Counted from the stretch's first letter, positions 45,928 through 57,336 are shown. The stretch: 64,000 nt of DNA from Deltaproteobacteria bacterium (GCA_016930875.1 JAFGFW010000014.1:15338-79337); one strand, 5' to 3'. Translations and numbers: made by a program. Notes: generated by a model from the sequence alone, not told the origin.

Positions 45928-48900
45928 TCACTGTCTCTGGCAAACCGTTTCCACTGCATCGTATCCAAGGAACTCGTTTATGGCGTTGGTCAGTGCACTC
46001 CCGGCCCTTAGCCGTATATGGTCAGGCAGGGCAACGATGGTTTCCGTCCTTTGGGGAATACGCAGATGCAGATAGGCGCCGCTGGTCCCCTTATGTTTCT
46101 CCAAAATATCGTAGAGTTGTTGAAGCTTTTCTTTGTCAAGACTCGTTATGTCGAGCTTTAAACGGACACTCGTTGTCCAGGTCTCCTCGGCCTTTTCTAT
46201 GGGAATGACGGTATCACCGAGAATCTTCACTGACTTTTCATCTTTTGTCACACGACCTTCGATGAAGATGGCGGCATCCTTGACAACAAGATCGGATACG
46301 CTCGAATATACTGATGAAAAAAGCGTGACCTCGGCAAAACCACTCAAGTCCTCAAGTGTCACAAAGGCCATAAGGTCGCCCTTCCTGTCGTTGTGATGTT
46401 TTACATCCCTTACCAGCCCCCCCAGGCGAACAACCGCCCCGTCGGAAAGCTCGCGGAGCTCCAGGGTGTCGGTGTTGGCAAATTTATTGAGTATGGATTC
46501 ATGCCTGGCCAGAGGATGACCAGTGATGAAAAAACCCAAGGATTCCTTCTCGTGCTTCAAGAGTTGGCCCTCATTCCACTCCTCCATGTCAGGAAGCGGG
46601 GAATAGACAACGCCCAAGCCGTGCTCCGGCATGACCTCAAAGAGGCTGATCTGACCGTCCATGCGATCCTTTTGGATCTTCTGGCCGACTTCAAGAGCCT
46701 GACCGAGCACGGCTATCATCTGGGAACGTTTGGCTCCGGTGGAATCAAAGGCGCCGCATTTTATCAGACTTTCAATCACTCTCCGGTTGACTTTTTTCTG
46801 GTCAACTCTTTCGCAGAAATCAAATAGCGATTCAAAGGGACCGCCTTCACTCCGGACAGCAAGAATTGACTCAATGGCCCCTTCTCCAACGTTCTTTATG
46901 GCGGCCAGGCCAAAACGAATGGCGCCATTTACGACCGTAAAGGTTATGTCACCTTGGTTAATGTCGGGTGGAAGTATCTCAATTCCCTGGCTGCGACATT
47001 CGGAAATATACTTAACCACGGCTTCGGTGGTGTTCATCTCGCTGGTCAAAATGGCGGCCATCAACTCAACAGGAAAGTGGGCCTTCAAATAGGCTGTCTG
47101 AAAGGCAATCATCGCGTAGGCAGCGCTGTGGGCCTTGTTGAAACCATAGCGCCCAAATTTTTCCATGAGATCAAAGATCTCTTCCGCCTTTTCCGGGGCA
47201 ACCCTTTTCTTTTCGGCCCTTGTCAAGAAACGCTTCCGTTCCTGAGCCATCATCTGGCCTATCTTCTTACCCATGGCCTTTCGGAGATTGTCGGCATCGG
47301 CCATGGAGTAGTCTGCAAGCACTGCGGCAATGTTCATCACCTGTTCTTGATACAGAATCACGCCGTAAGTGTCCTTCAGGATAGGTTCAAGCTCGGGGAC
47401 TATGTAAGTGACAGGCACACGACCGCTTTTCCTCTCAACAAAAGCGTCATGCATGCCACTGTCTAGCGGCCCCGGACGATAGAGAGCCACCAGGGCAATG
47501 ATGTCCTCAAAACATGCCGGTTTCATCCGGCGCAGCAGGTCTTTCATGCCGGAACTCTCCAACTGGAAAACTCCGGTGGTCTCGGCGGATGCAAGGAGTT
47601 CAAAGGTTTTCTTGTCTGTCAGATCCAGGCTTGCCAGATCCGGAGGTTCACGGCCGTCCTTGCGTATGATCTCACAGGCATGTTTCATTACGGTCAGGTT
47701 GCGAAGGCCCAGCAGGTCGAACTTGATCAACCCGATCTTCTCTATTGCCTTCATGTCGTACTGGGTTACGACCTCCCCCTTCTTTCCCCTGGCCAGCGGA
47801 AGGTGCTCCACCAGAGGCCTGTCTGAAATCACTGCCCCGGCCGCATGGGTGGAGGCATGCCTGGGAAGCCCCTCCAGGGCCAGAGCAATGGAAAGGAGTT
47901 CTTTTATTTGGGGACGTTCTTCTGCCATAACCCTTAATTTTGGCTCCCGAGAAAGAGCGCTCTCCAGGCTGATACCGAGTCCCTCTGGTATCATCTTGGC
48001 AATGGTGTCAACCTCCCTCAACGGGATGTCAAGGGCCCTTCCCACATCCCTGATGACGGCCCTGGCCTGCATTTTGCCAAAGGTGATAATTTGGGCCACA
48101 TATTCGGGGCCTCCGTATCTCTCCACGATGTATCTGAAAACAGCATCACGGCCTTCAATACAGAAATCAACGTCAATGTCAGGCATGCTCTTACGAGCAG
48201 GATTCAGGAATCGCTCAAATATGAGGCCATAAGCAATGGGGTCCAAATCAGTGATCTTCAGGGCATAGGCTACAAGACTGCCGGCGGCAGATCCTCGTCC
48301 GGGCCCCACAGGAATGTTCTGTTCTTTTGCAAAACGAACAAAGTCTGCAACCACCAGGAAATAACTCGAAAACCCCATCTTCTTGATGACAGCAAGCTCC
48401 TGGTCAAGACGCCTACCGTAAAGCTCTATGTCTGCGGCTGAAAATCCGGGGTTCTTCGAACGGACCTCTTCTAATCTTGCCTCCCATCCCCTTCTGACTT
48501 CTTGCTCAAAATACTCGTCCACCATCAAAGGGATATTCTCTTGCCGGCCTGCATCTTCATGACCGGGGCCACTGGGAATCCGAAATTTGGGAAAATGATA
48601 AGAACTCAAATCGAGATCCAGGTTACAGCGGTTACTGATCTCAATCGAGTTTTCGACGGCCTTGGGGTAGTTTGCAAAATAGAGAGCCATTTCCTTTGGA
48701 GACTTAAAATAAAGCTGATCGGTCTGGAACTTGAGACGCTTTGTTTCCTGAACGGTCTTGCCTGTCTGGATGCACAACAACACGTCGTGAGCACGGGCAT
48801 CTTCCGGATCCAAATAATGACAGTCATTTGTGGCAACCAGGGGGAGTGAAAGGTCTTGGCTCATTTCCAACAAGGCGCGGTTCACTGTCTCCTGGGCCTC

Positions 48901-49446
48901 AATACCGTTGTTTTGGACCTCCAAATAGAAATTGCCCTCGCCAAACATGCCCTCGTAGGCACGGGCAACCTCGGCTGCCTTTTCCAAACGCCCTGCTCTT
49001 ATTAACCTGGGGATCTCTCCGTGAAGACAAGCGCTTAGCGCAATTAGGCCATCACTGCACTCTGATAGAATGGCCTTGTCAACTCGCGGCTTATAATAAA
49101 AGCCCTCCAGATGGCCGGCTGTCACCAGCCTGCACAGGTTCTTGTACCCCTTGGCATTTTTCGCCAGGAGAATCAGGTGATACAGGCCTCCCTTCTGGCG
49201 TGGGTCCTTGTCAAAACGGCTTGCGGGAGCCACATACATCTCGCAACCTATTATGGGCTTTATCCCTGCCTTGTATGCCTTCTGATAGAACTCAATGACA
49301 CCGTACATGGTGCCGTGATCAGTGATTGCCAGGGAGGTCATCTGAAAGGATGCCGCACGATCCAGCAGGGGATCAAGGCGAATCGCCCCGTCAAGGAGAC
49401 TGTACTGCGTGTGGACATGAAGGTGGACGAAGTTTGAAGATTGCAT
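45928..49446 (-). CDS. dnaE: DNA polymerase III alpha subunit
   Basis: 1172 aa with a PHP N-terminus (FVHLHVHTQYSLLDGA), a polymerase core and an OB-fold C-terminus. Confidence 0.95.
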   Translation of the reverse strand: MQSSNFVHLHVHTQYSLLDGAIRLDPLLDRAASFQMTSLAITDHGTMYGVIEFYQKAYKAGIKPIIGCEMYVAPASRFDKDPRQKGGLYHLILLAKNAKGYKNLCRLVTAGHLEGFYYKPRVDKAILSECSDGLIALSACLHGEIPRLIRAGRLEKAAEVARAYEGMFGEGNFYLEVQNNGIEAQETVNRALLEMSQDLSLPLVATNDCHYLDPEDARAHDVLLCIQTGKTVQETKRLKFQTDQLYFKSPKEMALYFANYPKAVENSIEISNRCNLDLDLSSYHFPKFRIPSGPGHEDAGRQENIPLMVDEYFEQEVRRGWEARLEEVRSKNPGFSAADIELYGRRLDQELAVIKKMGFSSYFLVVADFVRFAKEQNIPVGPGRGSAAGSLVAYALKITDLDPIAYGLIFERFLNPARKSMPDIDVDFCIEGRDAVFRYIVERYGGPEYVAQIITFGKMQARAVIRDVGRALDIPLREVDTIAKMIPEGLGISLESALSREPKLRVMAEERPQIKELLSIALALEGLPRHASTHAAGAVISDRPLVEHLPLARGKKGEVVTQYDMKAIEKIGLIKFDLLGLRNLTVMKHACEIIRKDGREPPDLASLDLTDKKTFELLASAETTGVFQLESSGMKDLLRRMKPACFEDIIALVALYRPGPLDSGMHDAFVERKSGRVPVTYIVPELEPILKDTYGVILYQEQVMNIAAVLADYSMADADNLRKAMGKKIGQMMAQERKRFLTRAEKKRVAPEKAEEIFDLMEKFGRYGFNKAHSAAYAMIAFQTAYLKAHFPVELMAAILTSEMNTTEAVVKYISECRSQGIEILPPDINQGDITFTVVNGAIRFGLAAIKNVGEGAIESILAVRSEGGPFESLFDFCERVDQKKVNRRVIESLIKCGAFDSTGAKRSQMIAVLGQALEVGQKIQKDRMDGQISLFEVMPEHGLGVVYSPLPDMEEWNEGQLLKHEKESLGFFITGHPLARHESILNKFANTDTLELRELSDGAVVRLGGLVRDVKHHNDRKGDLMAFVTLEDLSGFAEVTLFSSVYSSVSDLVVKDAAIFIEGRVTKDEKSVKILGDTVIPIEKAEETWTTSVRLKLDITSLDKEKLQQLYDILEKHKGTSGAYLHLRIPQRTETIVALPDHIRLRAGSALTNAINEFLGYDAVETVCQRQ

Positions 49447-50909
49447 CAGTCTAACATATAGTTGGGGGCTTCTTTTGTAATAATCACATCATGGACATGA
49501 CTCTCTTTCAGGCCCGAAGAGGTAATGCGAATAAACCGGGCATCTCGCTGCAACGCCTCAATACTCCGACACCCGACATATCCCATGCCCGCCCTCAGGC
49601 CGCCTACAAGCTGGTAAACACATGCAGAAAGCGCCCCCTTGTAAGGGACCCTGCCAACAATACCTTCAGGAACAAGTTTTGCTTCCTCGGTGAGATCTTC
49701 TTGATAGTACCTGTCTTTGCTCCCCTTTTTCATAGCCTCCAGAGAACCCATGCCCCGATAGACTTTGTAGCTTCGGCCTTGGAAAAAGATCGTTTCGCCG
49801 GGACTTTCCTCAGTGCCTGCAAACAGACCCCCGATCATTACGCAGTGAGCCCCGGCTGCGATAGCCTTGGTCATGTCACCTGAAAATTTTATCCCGCCAT
49901 CTGCTATCAAGGGAACCCCTGTTTTTTCGGAAATTGGCCTGCAGTTCAAAATGGCTTCCACTTGAGGAACACCAACCCCTGCAATAATGCGAGTCGTGCA
50001 AATGGACCCCGGGCCAACACCTATCTTGACGCCATCAACCCCTGCCTTAATCATGGCCTCTGCGCCTTTGCCCGTAGCCACATTGCCTGCAATCAAATCT
50101 ATCTCTTTAAATGTCTGCTTCAGCATCTCAACGGCCTTCAACACTCCTGCGCTGTGACCGTGAGATGTATCAATGACAATGACATCAGATCCTGCTCCAA
50201 GTAAGGCCTCGGTGCGTTCCTCCATGTCGGGTCCGACTCCGACTGCAGCACCAACTCTTAGCCTGCCCAGACTGTCCTTGCATGCCTTCGGGTATTTCTT
50301 GATCTTTTCGATGTCCTTTATCGTAATGAGCCCTTTCAAACGTCCTTTGTCATCTACCACCAGGAGTTTCTCGATTCGGTGTTTATGGAGAAGTCTCTTT
50401 GAATCTTCTAACGTAATCCCTGCAGGCACCGTCACCAAATTATCCTTGGTCATCACGTCAGAGACCTTCTTGTTCAGATCTGTCTCAAATCTGAGGTCTC
50501 TGTTAGTGACAATCCCTACCAGTTGTTCTCCTTTAACTACGGGCACACCTGAAATCCGGTATCTTTCCATAAGCCCCAAAACCTCGTGGATCGGTTTTTC
50601 AGGCTCAATCGTCGTTGGATCCACGATCATCCCACTTTCAGACTTCTTGACCTTATCCACTTCCTGGGCCTGGCTTATGGCGCTCATGTTTCGGTGGATA
50701 ATGCCAATTCCGCCTTCTCGCGCTAAACTGATAGCCGTTTGAGCCTCAGTCACGGTATCCATGGCTGCGCTGACAATGGGAATATTAAGAGAGATCCTTC
50801 TCGTCAAGCGGCTGCTGACATCAACGTCTCGAGGCAATACCTGCGAATAGGCAGGAACGATTAAAATATCATCAAAGGTTAAGGCTTCCTTAATCATGGT
50901 CTCGCCCAT
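49446..50909 (-). CDS. guaB: IMP dehydrogenase
   Basis: It has [11 protein letters not shown], a CBS pair and the catalytic loop [11 protein letters not shown]. The start is at MGETM (50909) with a GAGGAG SD motif. Confidence 0.93.
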   Translation of the reverse strand: MGETMIKEALTFDDILIVPAYSQVLPRDVDVSSRLTRRISLNIPIVSAAMDTVTEAQTAISLAREGGIGIIHRNMSAISQAQEVDKVKKSESGMIVDPTTIEPEKPIHEVLGLMERYRISGVPVVKGEQLVGIVTNRDLRFETDLNKKVSDVMTKDNLVTVPAGITLEDSKRLLHKHRIEKLLVVDDKGRLKGLITIKDIEKIKKYPKACKDSLGRLRVGAAVGVGPDMEERTEALLGAGSDVIVIDTSHGHSAGVLKAVEMLKQTFKEIDLIAGNVATGKGAEAMIKAGVDGVKIGVGPGSICTTRIIAGVGVPQVEAILNCRPISEKTGVPLIADGGIKFSGDMTKAIAAGAHCVMIGGLFAGTEESPGETIFFQGRSYKVYRGMGSLEAMKKGSKDRYYQEDLTEEAKLVPEGIVGRVPYKGALSACVYQLVGGLRAGMGYVGCRSIEALQRDARFIRITSSGLKESHVHDVIITKEAPNYMLD

Positions 50910-51243
50910 AGGTCTTCTCCTCTTCTTTTTGGGACCGAATGAATACCAGAAGGGCACTCCCTTGGCAACGGCAAATTGGATCGCTCCGCGACATTGTACG
51001 CCGCGACCGCGGACCTTCGCCCACGGCAACGTCAAAGTCGATCGGGTTTTGCCACATTAGAAGGAGTTGCGACGCCTAAAATTCGTGCTTCGTATTTGTA
51101 GCATTTTGATTTAACATATAATTTTTGTTAATTCAGCCGGTTAGTTGCTTAAATGACGTGGCCCTGGCCCTGACCGCTTAGGACTTGCAGTGATCCATAT
51201 AAAATGCTATTTTATTTATGGAAACCCCAGGACCCTAAAAATC

Positions 51244-51858
51244 ATGCTAATAGCGATCAATCCAATAAACCCCCAAGCCCGCTTAATCCGAAAAGTGGCG
51301 CAAGTGCTTGAAGATGGCGGCATCATTGCCTATCCGACGGATACGTACTATGGCATTGGTTGTGATATCATGAACAAGAAGTCCATAGAGAGGATCTACA
51401 GGGTAAAACAGAGAAACAAGAAAAAACCCTTCAGTTTCATCTGCTCTGACCTCAAGAGCATCAGCGAGTACGCCAAGGTCTCCAACTACGCATACAAGAC
51501 CATGAAACGCTTGCTCCCCGGCCCTTACACCTTTGTTTTGGAGGGTTCAAAGCTCGTCCCAAAGATCATGTTAACCCTGCGCAAAACAGCAGGAATTCGA
51601 GTGCCAGACCACCCCATTTGTCTGGCACTGGTCAAGGAACTCGGGCATCCCATATTATCCACAACCGCCAATCTCGCTGATGGACCAGCCTACAGCGAGT
51701 CTCATCCCTATCTGATCCACGAAACCTTCGGATCTCAGATTGACCTTGTTATAGACGGCGGCCCCGTGCCTGGAGGGCCCTCAAGTGTGGTTTCTCTCAT
51801 TGATGACACACCTGACGTCATACGGGAAGGATCAGGAGATGTAAGTATTTTTCGGTGA
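51244..51858 (+). CDS. tsaC: L-threonylcarbamoyladenylate synthase (YrdC/TsaC/Sua5 family)
   Basis: It has AYPTDTYYGIGCD, GPYTFVL and SANL-type (STTANL) motifs. Confidence 0.85.
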   Translation: MLIAINPINPQARLIRKVAQVLEDGGIIAYPTDTYYGIGCDIMNKKSIERIYRVKQRNKKKPFSFICSDLKSISEYAKVSNYAYKTMKRLLPGPYTFVLEGSKLVPKIMLTLRKTAGIRVPDHPICLALVKELGHPILSTTANLADGPAYSESHPYLIHETFGSQIDLVIDGGPVPGGPSSVVSLIDDTPDVIREGSGDVSIFR

Positions 51859-51861
51859 GTG

Positions 51862-52140
51862 TCAACCGTTGATGCGGTTGATCAAGCTCCCTGCTGGCTT
51901 GAAGTGGACGACCCAACGTGCGGGCACATGAACATTGGCTGCGGTCATCGGGTTTCTTCCCTTCATGGGCCTTCGTTTCTTGACTCTCAAGCGACCCAGA
52001 CCTCTAAGATCAACAGTCTCGCCTCGCATCAAGGCCTGTGCCATACTCTCAAACATTATTTCCACCACGGTCAACATATCCTTCTTGGCAATGCCGGGAA
52101 AAGCCTTCATCAAGTCCTCAGCGAGATCACGCTTAACCAT
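51862..52140 (-). CDS. HU/IHF-family DNA-binding protein
   Basis: 92 aa with the pattern LRGLGRLRVKKRRPMKGRNPMT...V.FKP. Confidence 0.85.
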   Translation of the reverse strand: MVKRDLAEDLMKAFPGIAKKDMLTVVEIMFESMAQALMRGETVDLRGLGRLRVKKRRPMKGRNPMTAANVHVPARWVVHFKPAGSLINRING

Positions 52141-52143
52141 TGC

Positions 52144-53043
52144 CTATGTTCTGCCCGGTAGACAGAGATATCCGGAATGAAGCGCCGCCGCGGTTATCTG
52201 GTCCAACACCCTGGTCAAAGTCGAGGACCCCAAAAGGTATTCTAGGAGGGAAAATTTCTTTTCCTTTGCATAAAAAACCGAGGGTTCGCCCTTGATGCCA
52301 CCCAATTTGCCTGCCAGGCTAATAGCATCTTCCAGATTACCGAGACTGTCCAGCAAACCCAGTTCTCGAGCCTGTTCTCCTGACAAGATGCGACCATCGG
52401 CAATGGCCTGGACTTCTTCTTTAGGCATTTTTCGACCTTCAGCTACTGCCACCACAAACTGCTGGTGCACGTTGTCAATGAACCCCTGCAATAGTTCTTT
52501 TTCTTTGGAAGTCATCTGCCGCAAAGGAGAACCCACGTCCTTGTATTGCCCGCTCTTGAGGACAAAGGCAGCCACTCCTATTTTCTTGAACAGCTCTTCG
52601 AAGTTGGCAAATTCCATAATCACGCCAATACTCCCTGTAATCGTGCCAGGATTGGCCATGATATGGTCCGTTGCCACCGCCACATAATATCCCCCCGAGG
52701 CCGCAATAGCCCCCATAGACGCGACAATTTTCTTCAAGTGTTTGGTCTTTTTCACTTCTTCATAGATCTCTTGGGAAGGACCAACACCGCCTCCGGGAGA
52801 ATTGATTCTTAAAACGATTGCCTTTATGTCTTTCTTGTCACGCAATTCCTTGAGATGCGTGAGTATAGGCTTGGGATCGGCAATAATTCCCTTTATTTCA
52901 ATCACGCCAACGTTTTCGCCAAACTGAAAGGCTGAATTCCTCTTACCAAGGAAAAAAATGGCCGTCACGCTGATAACAGCGACGGCCCCGATGGTACATA
53001 TTACTAGCAAGGAAAACAAGACAGGATGTCTTCTTGCAAACAT
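52144..53043 (-). CDS. sppA: Signal peptide peptidase SppA (36K type, S49)
   Basis: N-terminal TM helix, then INSPGGGV and MGAIAASGGYYVA. Confidence 0.85.
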   Translation of the reverse strand: MFARRHPVLFSLLVICTIGAVAVISVTAIFFLGKRNSAFQFGENVGVIEIKGIIADPKPILTHLKELRDKKDIKAIVLRINSPGGGVGPSQEIYEEVKKTKHLKKIVASMGAIAASGGYYVAVATDHIMANPGTITGSIGVIMEFANFEELFKKIGVAAFVLKSGQYKDVGSPLRQMTSKEKELLQGFIDNVHQQFVVAVAEGRKMPKEEVQAIADGRILSGEQARELGLLDSLGNLEDAISLAGKLGGIKGEPSVFYAKEKKFSLLEYLLGSSTLTRVLDQITAAALHSGYLCLPGRT

Positions 53044-53173
53044 CGCAATATCCCTTTTCCAATCAATCGATTATTTGTAAAATCTGTTTTTTTGTGCCAA
53101 AAAATATTCCTGGTACACTGTTTTTCAATGTATACCAATAATTGAGGAATCGAGGGATTAAATGAATTTCCGC

Positions 53174-53197
53174 TCGTTCGACCTTGAGGCTCTCGAC
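53174..53197. repeat. 24-nt REP core TCGTTCGACCTTGAGGCTCTCGAC, copy 2
   Basis: Exact reverse complement of 19588-19611. Confidence 0.8.
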
Positions 53198-53272
53198 AGG
53201 CAATTCATAAATTACTCAATTTCAAATTCCTCAATTCCATTCTATCCGGGCCAGAAATTGTGGATCAAGGAA

Positions 53273-55369
53273 TCAACTCTCACCAGTCTTGTCCGCAGAT
53301 GTACCAGTTGTCTCCTCGGCTTCACCTGAATGCGTCTGCTCATCGCCAGCCTCTGCTTCAATGTATTTAGTTGCGCCTTCCGTGCCTGGGGGCAAAACTC
53401 CTTCTTCGGCTTCGTTCCCGCCTTCCGGGCTTTGCGCCTCAGGCTCATCGGCCTCTTCATGGGTCGACTCGGAATCGTCCTTGGCAGAATCCTGCTCAGC
53501 TGATTTTTCTTTGAGATTCTCCTTCAAGAGTTCACCCAAGCTCGATGTGGGGCCGTTGTAACTGCTTAAGTAGTCGGACACCAGGTCGTGCTCTTCGTCC
53601 ATCTCAAGCTGTTTGACCGAAAGCCCGATCCGCCGTTCCTTGGGATTGATATTGAGCACTTTGGCAGACACGATATCTCCAACCTGAAACTTGCCCAAAG
53701 GGGTCTTGAGTTTCTCTTTTGTCACTTCTGAGACGTGGACAAGGCCTTCAATACCTTCCTCCAGTTCAATAAAGACACCAAACTCCGTGACATTCGTGAC
53801 CGTGCCGACAATCTTGGTTCCCACCTTGTAACATTCAGGAACAGCCTCCCATGGGTCTCGCTGAAGTTGTTTGATCCCCAAAGAAAACCGTTCGCTTTCC
53901 TTGTCAATATTGAGCACAATGGCCTGTACTTCGTCCCCCTTTTTGTAAGCCTCAGAGGGATGCTTAATCCGTTTGGTCCACGATATGTCTGAAATATGCA
54001 CGAGGCCGTCAATCCCCTCATCAATTCCAATGAATAAACCAAAGTCGGTGATGTTCTTTATTTTTCCTTCAATGGTGGTTCCCACGGGATACTTCTCGGC
54101 AATCACATCCCATGGATTTGGCACCACTTGCTTCATACCGAGAGAGATCCTCCTGTTCTCGGCCGAGATGTTTAGGACAACAGCCTCCACTGTCTCTCCA
54201 ACCGATACCACCTTGGAAGGATGACGAATCTTTCTCGTCCATGACATCTCAGAAACGTGAATCAGGCCCTCAACACCCTTTTGAAGCTCCACAAAAGCCC
54301 CGTAGTCCGTTAGGCTCACGACTTTACCCATAACGTGGGACCCAATAGGATATTCTTCTTCAGCCGTGGCCCAAGGATCAGGCACAAGTTGTTTCAGTCC
54401 GAGAGATACGCGTTCCCGTTCGAGATCAAGATTCAGGACCTTCACCGTTATGTCGTCTCCCACCGAGAACATTTCAGACGAATAATTCACGCGGCCCCAT
54501 GACATATCCGTGATGTGGAGAAGGCCGTCGATGCCTCCCAAATCAACGAAGACTCCGTATTCGGTGATGTTTTTTACCGTGCCTTCCAGAACCTTGCCTT
54601 CGTGGATCGTGGCAAGGGTTTCCGCGCGCTTTGCTTCACGATCTTTTTCGAGGATAACCCGTCTCGATAGTACAATATTGCTCCGTTTTCTATTATATTT
54701 CAGGATCTTAAAATCAAAGGTCTGGCCCACCAGATCATCAAGGTTGCGCACTGGCCGAAGGTCTACCTGGGAACCGGGTAGAAACGCAGGCAGACCGATA
54801 TCAACGGAAAGCCCCCCCTTGATCCGGTTGGTTATCACTCCCTTGATCGTCTCTTCGTTATCGTAGGCTTTTCGAATATCATCCCAGACCTTGACTCTTG
54901 AAGCCTTGTCTTTTGAAACCCTTACAGCCCCATCTTCGTCTTCCCAGCGGTCCACCATAACGTCGATGGTATCGCCCACATTCGCATCGATCCTGCCGTC
55001 TGGTCTCCTGAACTCCCCAATAGGGACTTGGCCTTCAGACTTGTACCCAATATCGACCAATACGAATTCCTTGTCGACTTGGATGATCTTGCCCTGAACA
55101 ACTTCGCCTTCCTGCACCCGCCCGATGCTCTCTTCATACATTTCCATGAGGGCTTCTTGTTTGCCCTCTCCGGCTTGGGCGCCCTCTGCGTTCGCCTCAC
55201 CTTTCACGGTTTGGCCAGGCTCCGACGTCTCTTCTGCTGCCAGTTCCTTTTCTGAAGTCTCTTGAGTTTGGGATTCCTCTGTTTCCAAACCTTCACCCGC
55301 CTCTAACTTCCCCGTCTCCGCGTTGTGCTCTTGTTGTTCGATTTCAGTGTTCTTTTCCAAGCCTTCCAT
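53273..55369 (-). CDS. rpsA: 30S ribosomal protein S1 with acidic N- and C-terminal extensions
   Basis: Six S1 repeats of the type G.V.G.V..I..FG.FV.L. At 698 aa it is longer than my recollection of typical S1, because of Glu-rich termini. Confidence 0.92.
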   Translation of the reverse strand: MEGLEKNTEIEQQEHNAETGKLEAGEGLETEESQTQETSEKELAAEETSEPGQTVKGEANAEGAQAGEGKQEALMEMYEESIGRVQEGEVVQGKIIQVDKEFVLVDIGYKSEGQVPIGEFRRPDGRIDANVGDTIDVMVDRWEDEDGAVRVSKDKASRVKVWDDIRKAYDNEETIKGVITNRIKGGLSVDIGLPAFLPGSQVDLRPVRNLDDLVGQTFDFKILKYNRKRSNIVLSRRVILEKDREAKRAETLATIHEGKVLEGTVKNITEYGVFVDLGGIDGLLHITDMSWGRVNYSSEMFSVGDDITVKVLNLDLERERVSLGLKQLVPDPWATAEEEYPIGSHVMGKVVSLTDYGAFVELQKGVEGLIHVSEMSWTRKIRHPSKVVSVGETVEAVVLNISAENRRISLGMKQVVPNPWDVIAEKYPVGTTIEGKIKNITDFGLFIGIDEGIDGLVHISDISWTKRIKHPSEAYKKGDEVQAIVLNIDKESERFSLGIKQLQRDPWEAVPECYKVGTKIVGTVTNVTEFGVFIELEEGIEGLVHVSEVTKEKLKTPLGKFQVGDIVSAKVLNINPKERRIGLSVKQLEMDEEHDLVSDYLSSYNGPTSSLGELLKENLKEKSAEQDSAKDDSESTHEEADEPEAQSPEGGNEAEEGVLPPGTEGATKYIEAEAGDEQTHSGEAEETTGTSADKTGES

Positions 55370-55476
55370 TAAACGCTTGCCCCCTTATTGTTTGTTAACC
55401 GACAATGGGCTGTGTGCCGGTCTATAAAAATATTTTCTATATCAAGCATTTTAGCAAAAAACAACCTTTTATTTTA

Positions 55477-56148
55477 CTAATGTGCAATGTGACGAAGCAT
55501 AACTTCAACCACCTCTTCGATTGCCAAGGGACCAGAATCGATCCTGATCGCATCACGGGCGGGCCTTAAGGGCGCCAGGGCTCGGCTGGAATCATCATCA
55601 TCCCTTTTTTTCATACTTTCTGCAACCTCAGCCAGGCTGGTATCTGCACCCATCGTCACCAATTCTCTGTAACGCCTCAATGCCCTGACATCGGGGTCTG
55701 CATCCAGAAAAAACTTAATATCAGCCCCAGGAAAAACCACCGTGCCCATGTCCCGTCCTTCAAAAACAACACCGCCGTTTTTGCCCATTTCTCGCTGAAC
55801 GCCCAAGAGATAGTCCCTCACAACACGCCTTGCTGATAGGGCGGACGCAAACATGGTGATCTCCTGAGTTCGTATCTGATCCGAGACGTCAACCTCGTTC
55901 ATGCACAATCTCGGCCCTCTTATGCTCTTTTCGAATCTCAGCGCAAGGCCCCTCAAGATCTGTGCCACCTTCCCGTCATCATCTACTCTGCACCCTTCGG
56001 AAAGAACCGCCATGGCCACGGCTCGGTACAAAGCGCCCGTGTCAACATACGTATACTCAAGATGCCGGGCCACCTCTCGACTCACAGTGGTCTTGCCAGC
56101 GCCTGCCGGGCCGTCAATTGTTATCAAAAAACGTTTCATCAATAGCAC
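55477..56148 (-). CDS. cmk: Cytidylate kinase
   Basis: ITIDGPAGAGKTT P-loop, in cmk-rpsA synteny. Confidence 0.9.
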   Translation of the reverse strand: MLLMKRFLITIDGPAGAGKTTVSREVARHLEYTYVDTGALYRAVAMAVLSEGCRVDDDGKVAQILRGLALRFEKSIRGPRLCMNEVDVSDQIRTQEITMFASALSARRVVRDYLLGVQREMGKNGGVVFEGRDMGTVVFPGADIKFFLDADPDVRALRRYRELVTMGADTSLAEVAESMKKRDDDDSSRALAPLRPARDAIRIDSGPLAIEEVVEVMLRHIAH

Positions 56149-57236
56149 TAAAGCACTTCTTTCAAGGCCTCGACAAAACGCTGGTTTTCTTCAGGCAGTC
56201 CCACGTTCACACGAATGTAGTTCGGGTATCCATATGCGGTCATAGCACGGACAATCACCCCCCTCGAAAGCAACCTCTCAAAGACCTCATTGGCATCCTG
56301 TTTAAGGTTTATGAGAAAGAAGTTGGCTTGGGTAGGGAAATATCTAAGTCCCATCTTACTCACTTGTTCATACAGAAAGTCCAATTCCTCGTGGACCATC
56401 CTAATAGTTCTTTCGAAAAAGGCATCGTCGTTCAAAGCCGCCAGAGCGCCAACCTGCGCCAGCATATTGGTATTAAAAGGTTGCCTTACTCGATTAATGT
56501 AATCCGCAATATCCTTCTTCATCACCCCGTAGCCAATGCGAAGTCCGGCCAGGCCATATGCTTTTGAGAACGTCCGCAGAGTCACCACCGCTTTTTCTGA
56601 ATCCAAGTAATCAAGACCTCTTGGACAAACCTCGGCTCGCACAAACTCAATATACGCCTCATCCATCACGACAATCACGTCCGAAGAAATTCGGTCCAGA
56701 AATGCCTCAAAGGCATCCCTTGAAACGATTGTTCCCGTAGGGTTGTTAGGGTTGTTTACAAAAACCATACGCGTATCCCCAGAGACACGTTCAGCCATTT
56801 TTTCCAAATCCACCGCGAGGTCTTTCAGAGAAACCTTAACAGGTCTTGCTCCAGCAGCCTGCACCATGATCTCATACATCAGAAACGAAGGAGATGGCAT
56901 AATCACCTCATCGCCCTCTTGAAGAAACGTGCGAGCCAAGAGCTCTATGATCTCATTGGAGCCGTTTCCAAAAACTATCTCACTGCTTGAAACCTGGAGC
57001 TTTTCGCCCAACCGCTGCCTCAGCAGGTAGTTGTAGCCATCAGGATACCGATGAAGGTCCTTCAGCGCCTCCTTTATGGCCTCAACGGCCTTTGGGGATG
57101 GTCCAATGGGGTTCTCGTTGGAGGCAAGCTTGATAGAACCGCTGGTGCCGTATTCTCGTTCGAGTTCTTCAATTGGCTTGCCAGGCACATAAGCCTTTAG
57201 TTTGGCGATATAGTCAGGCACTTTCATAAGAATCAC
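56148..57236 (-). CDS. hisC: Histidinol-phosphate aminotransferase
   Basis: Class II aminotransferase with LASNENP and the PLP-Lys block TFSKAYGLAGLRIGY. Confidence 0.9.
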   Translation of the reverse strand: MILMKVPDYIAKLKAYVPGKPIEELEREYGTSGSIKLASNENPIGPSPKAVEAIKEALKDLHRYPDGYNYLLRQRLGEKLQVSSSEIVFGNGSNEIIELLARTFLQEGDEVIMPSPSFLMYEIMVQAAGARPVKVSLKDLAVDLEKMAERVSGDTRMVFVNNPNNPTGTIVSRDAFEAFLDRISSDVIVVMDEAYIEFVRAEVCPRGLDYLDSEKAVVTLRTFSKAYGLAGLRIGYGVMKKDIADYINRVRQPFNTNMLAQVGALAALNDDAFFERTIRMVHEELDFLYEQVSKMGLRYFPTQANFFLINLKQDANEVFERLLSRGVIVRAMTAYGYPNYIRVNVGLPEENQRFVEALKEVL

Positions 57237-57336
57237 CTTGATTTTCGCTCAAATAAATTCTAAGAATCTGTTGCTATCATAATTTTCCAGACTGAAAAAG
57301 AATTTTTCGCAACTAGCCGCGCCAAAGCCAAAAGAT

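Noticed and set aside
47498-48232. 244-aa plus-strand ORF, plus other plus-strand ORFs across 45993-49437
   Set aside because: They are antisense shadows of dnaE.
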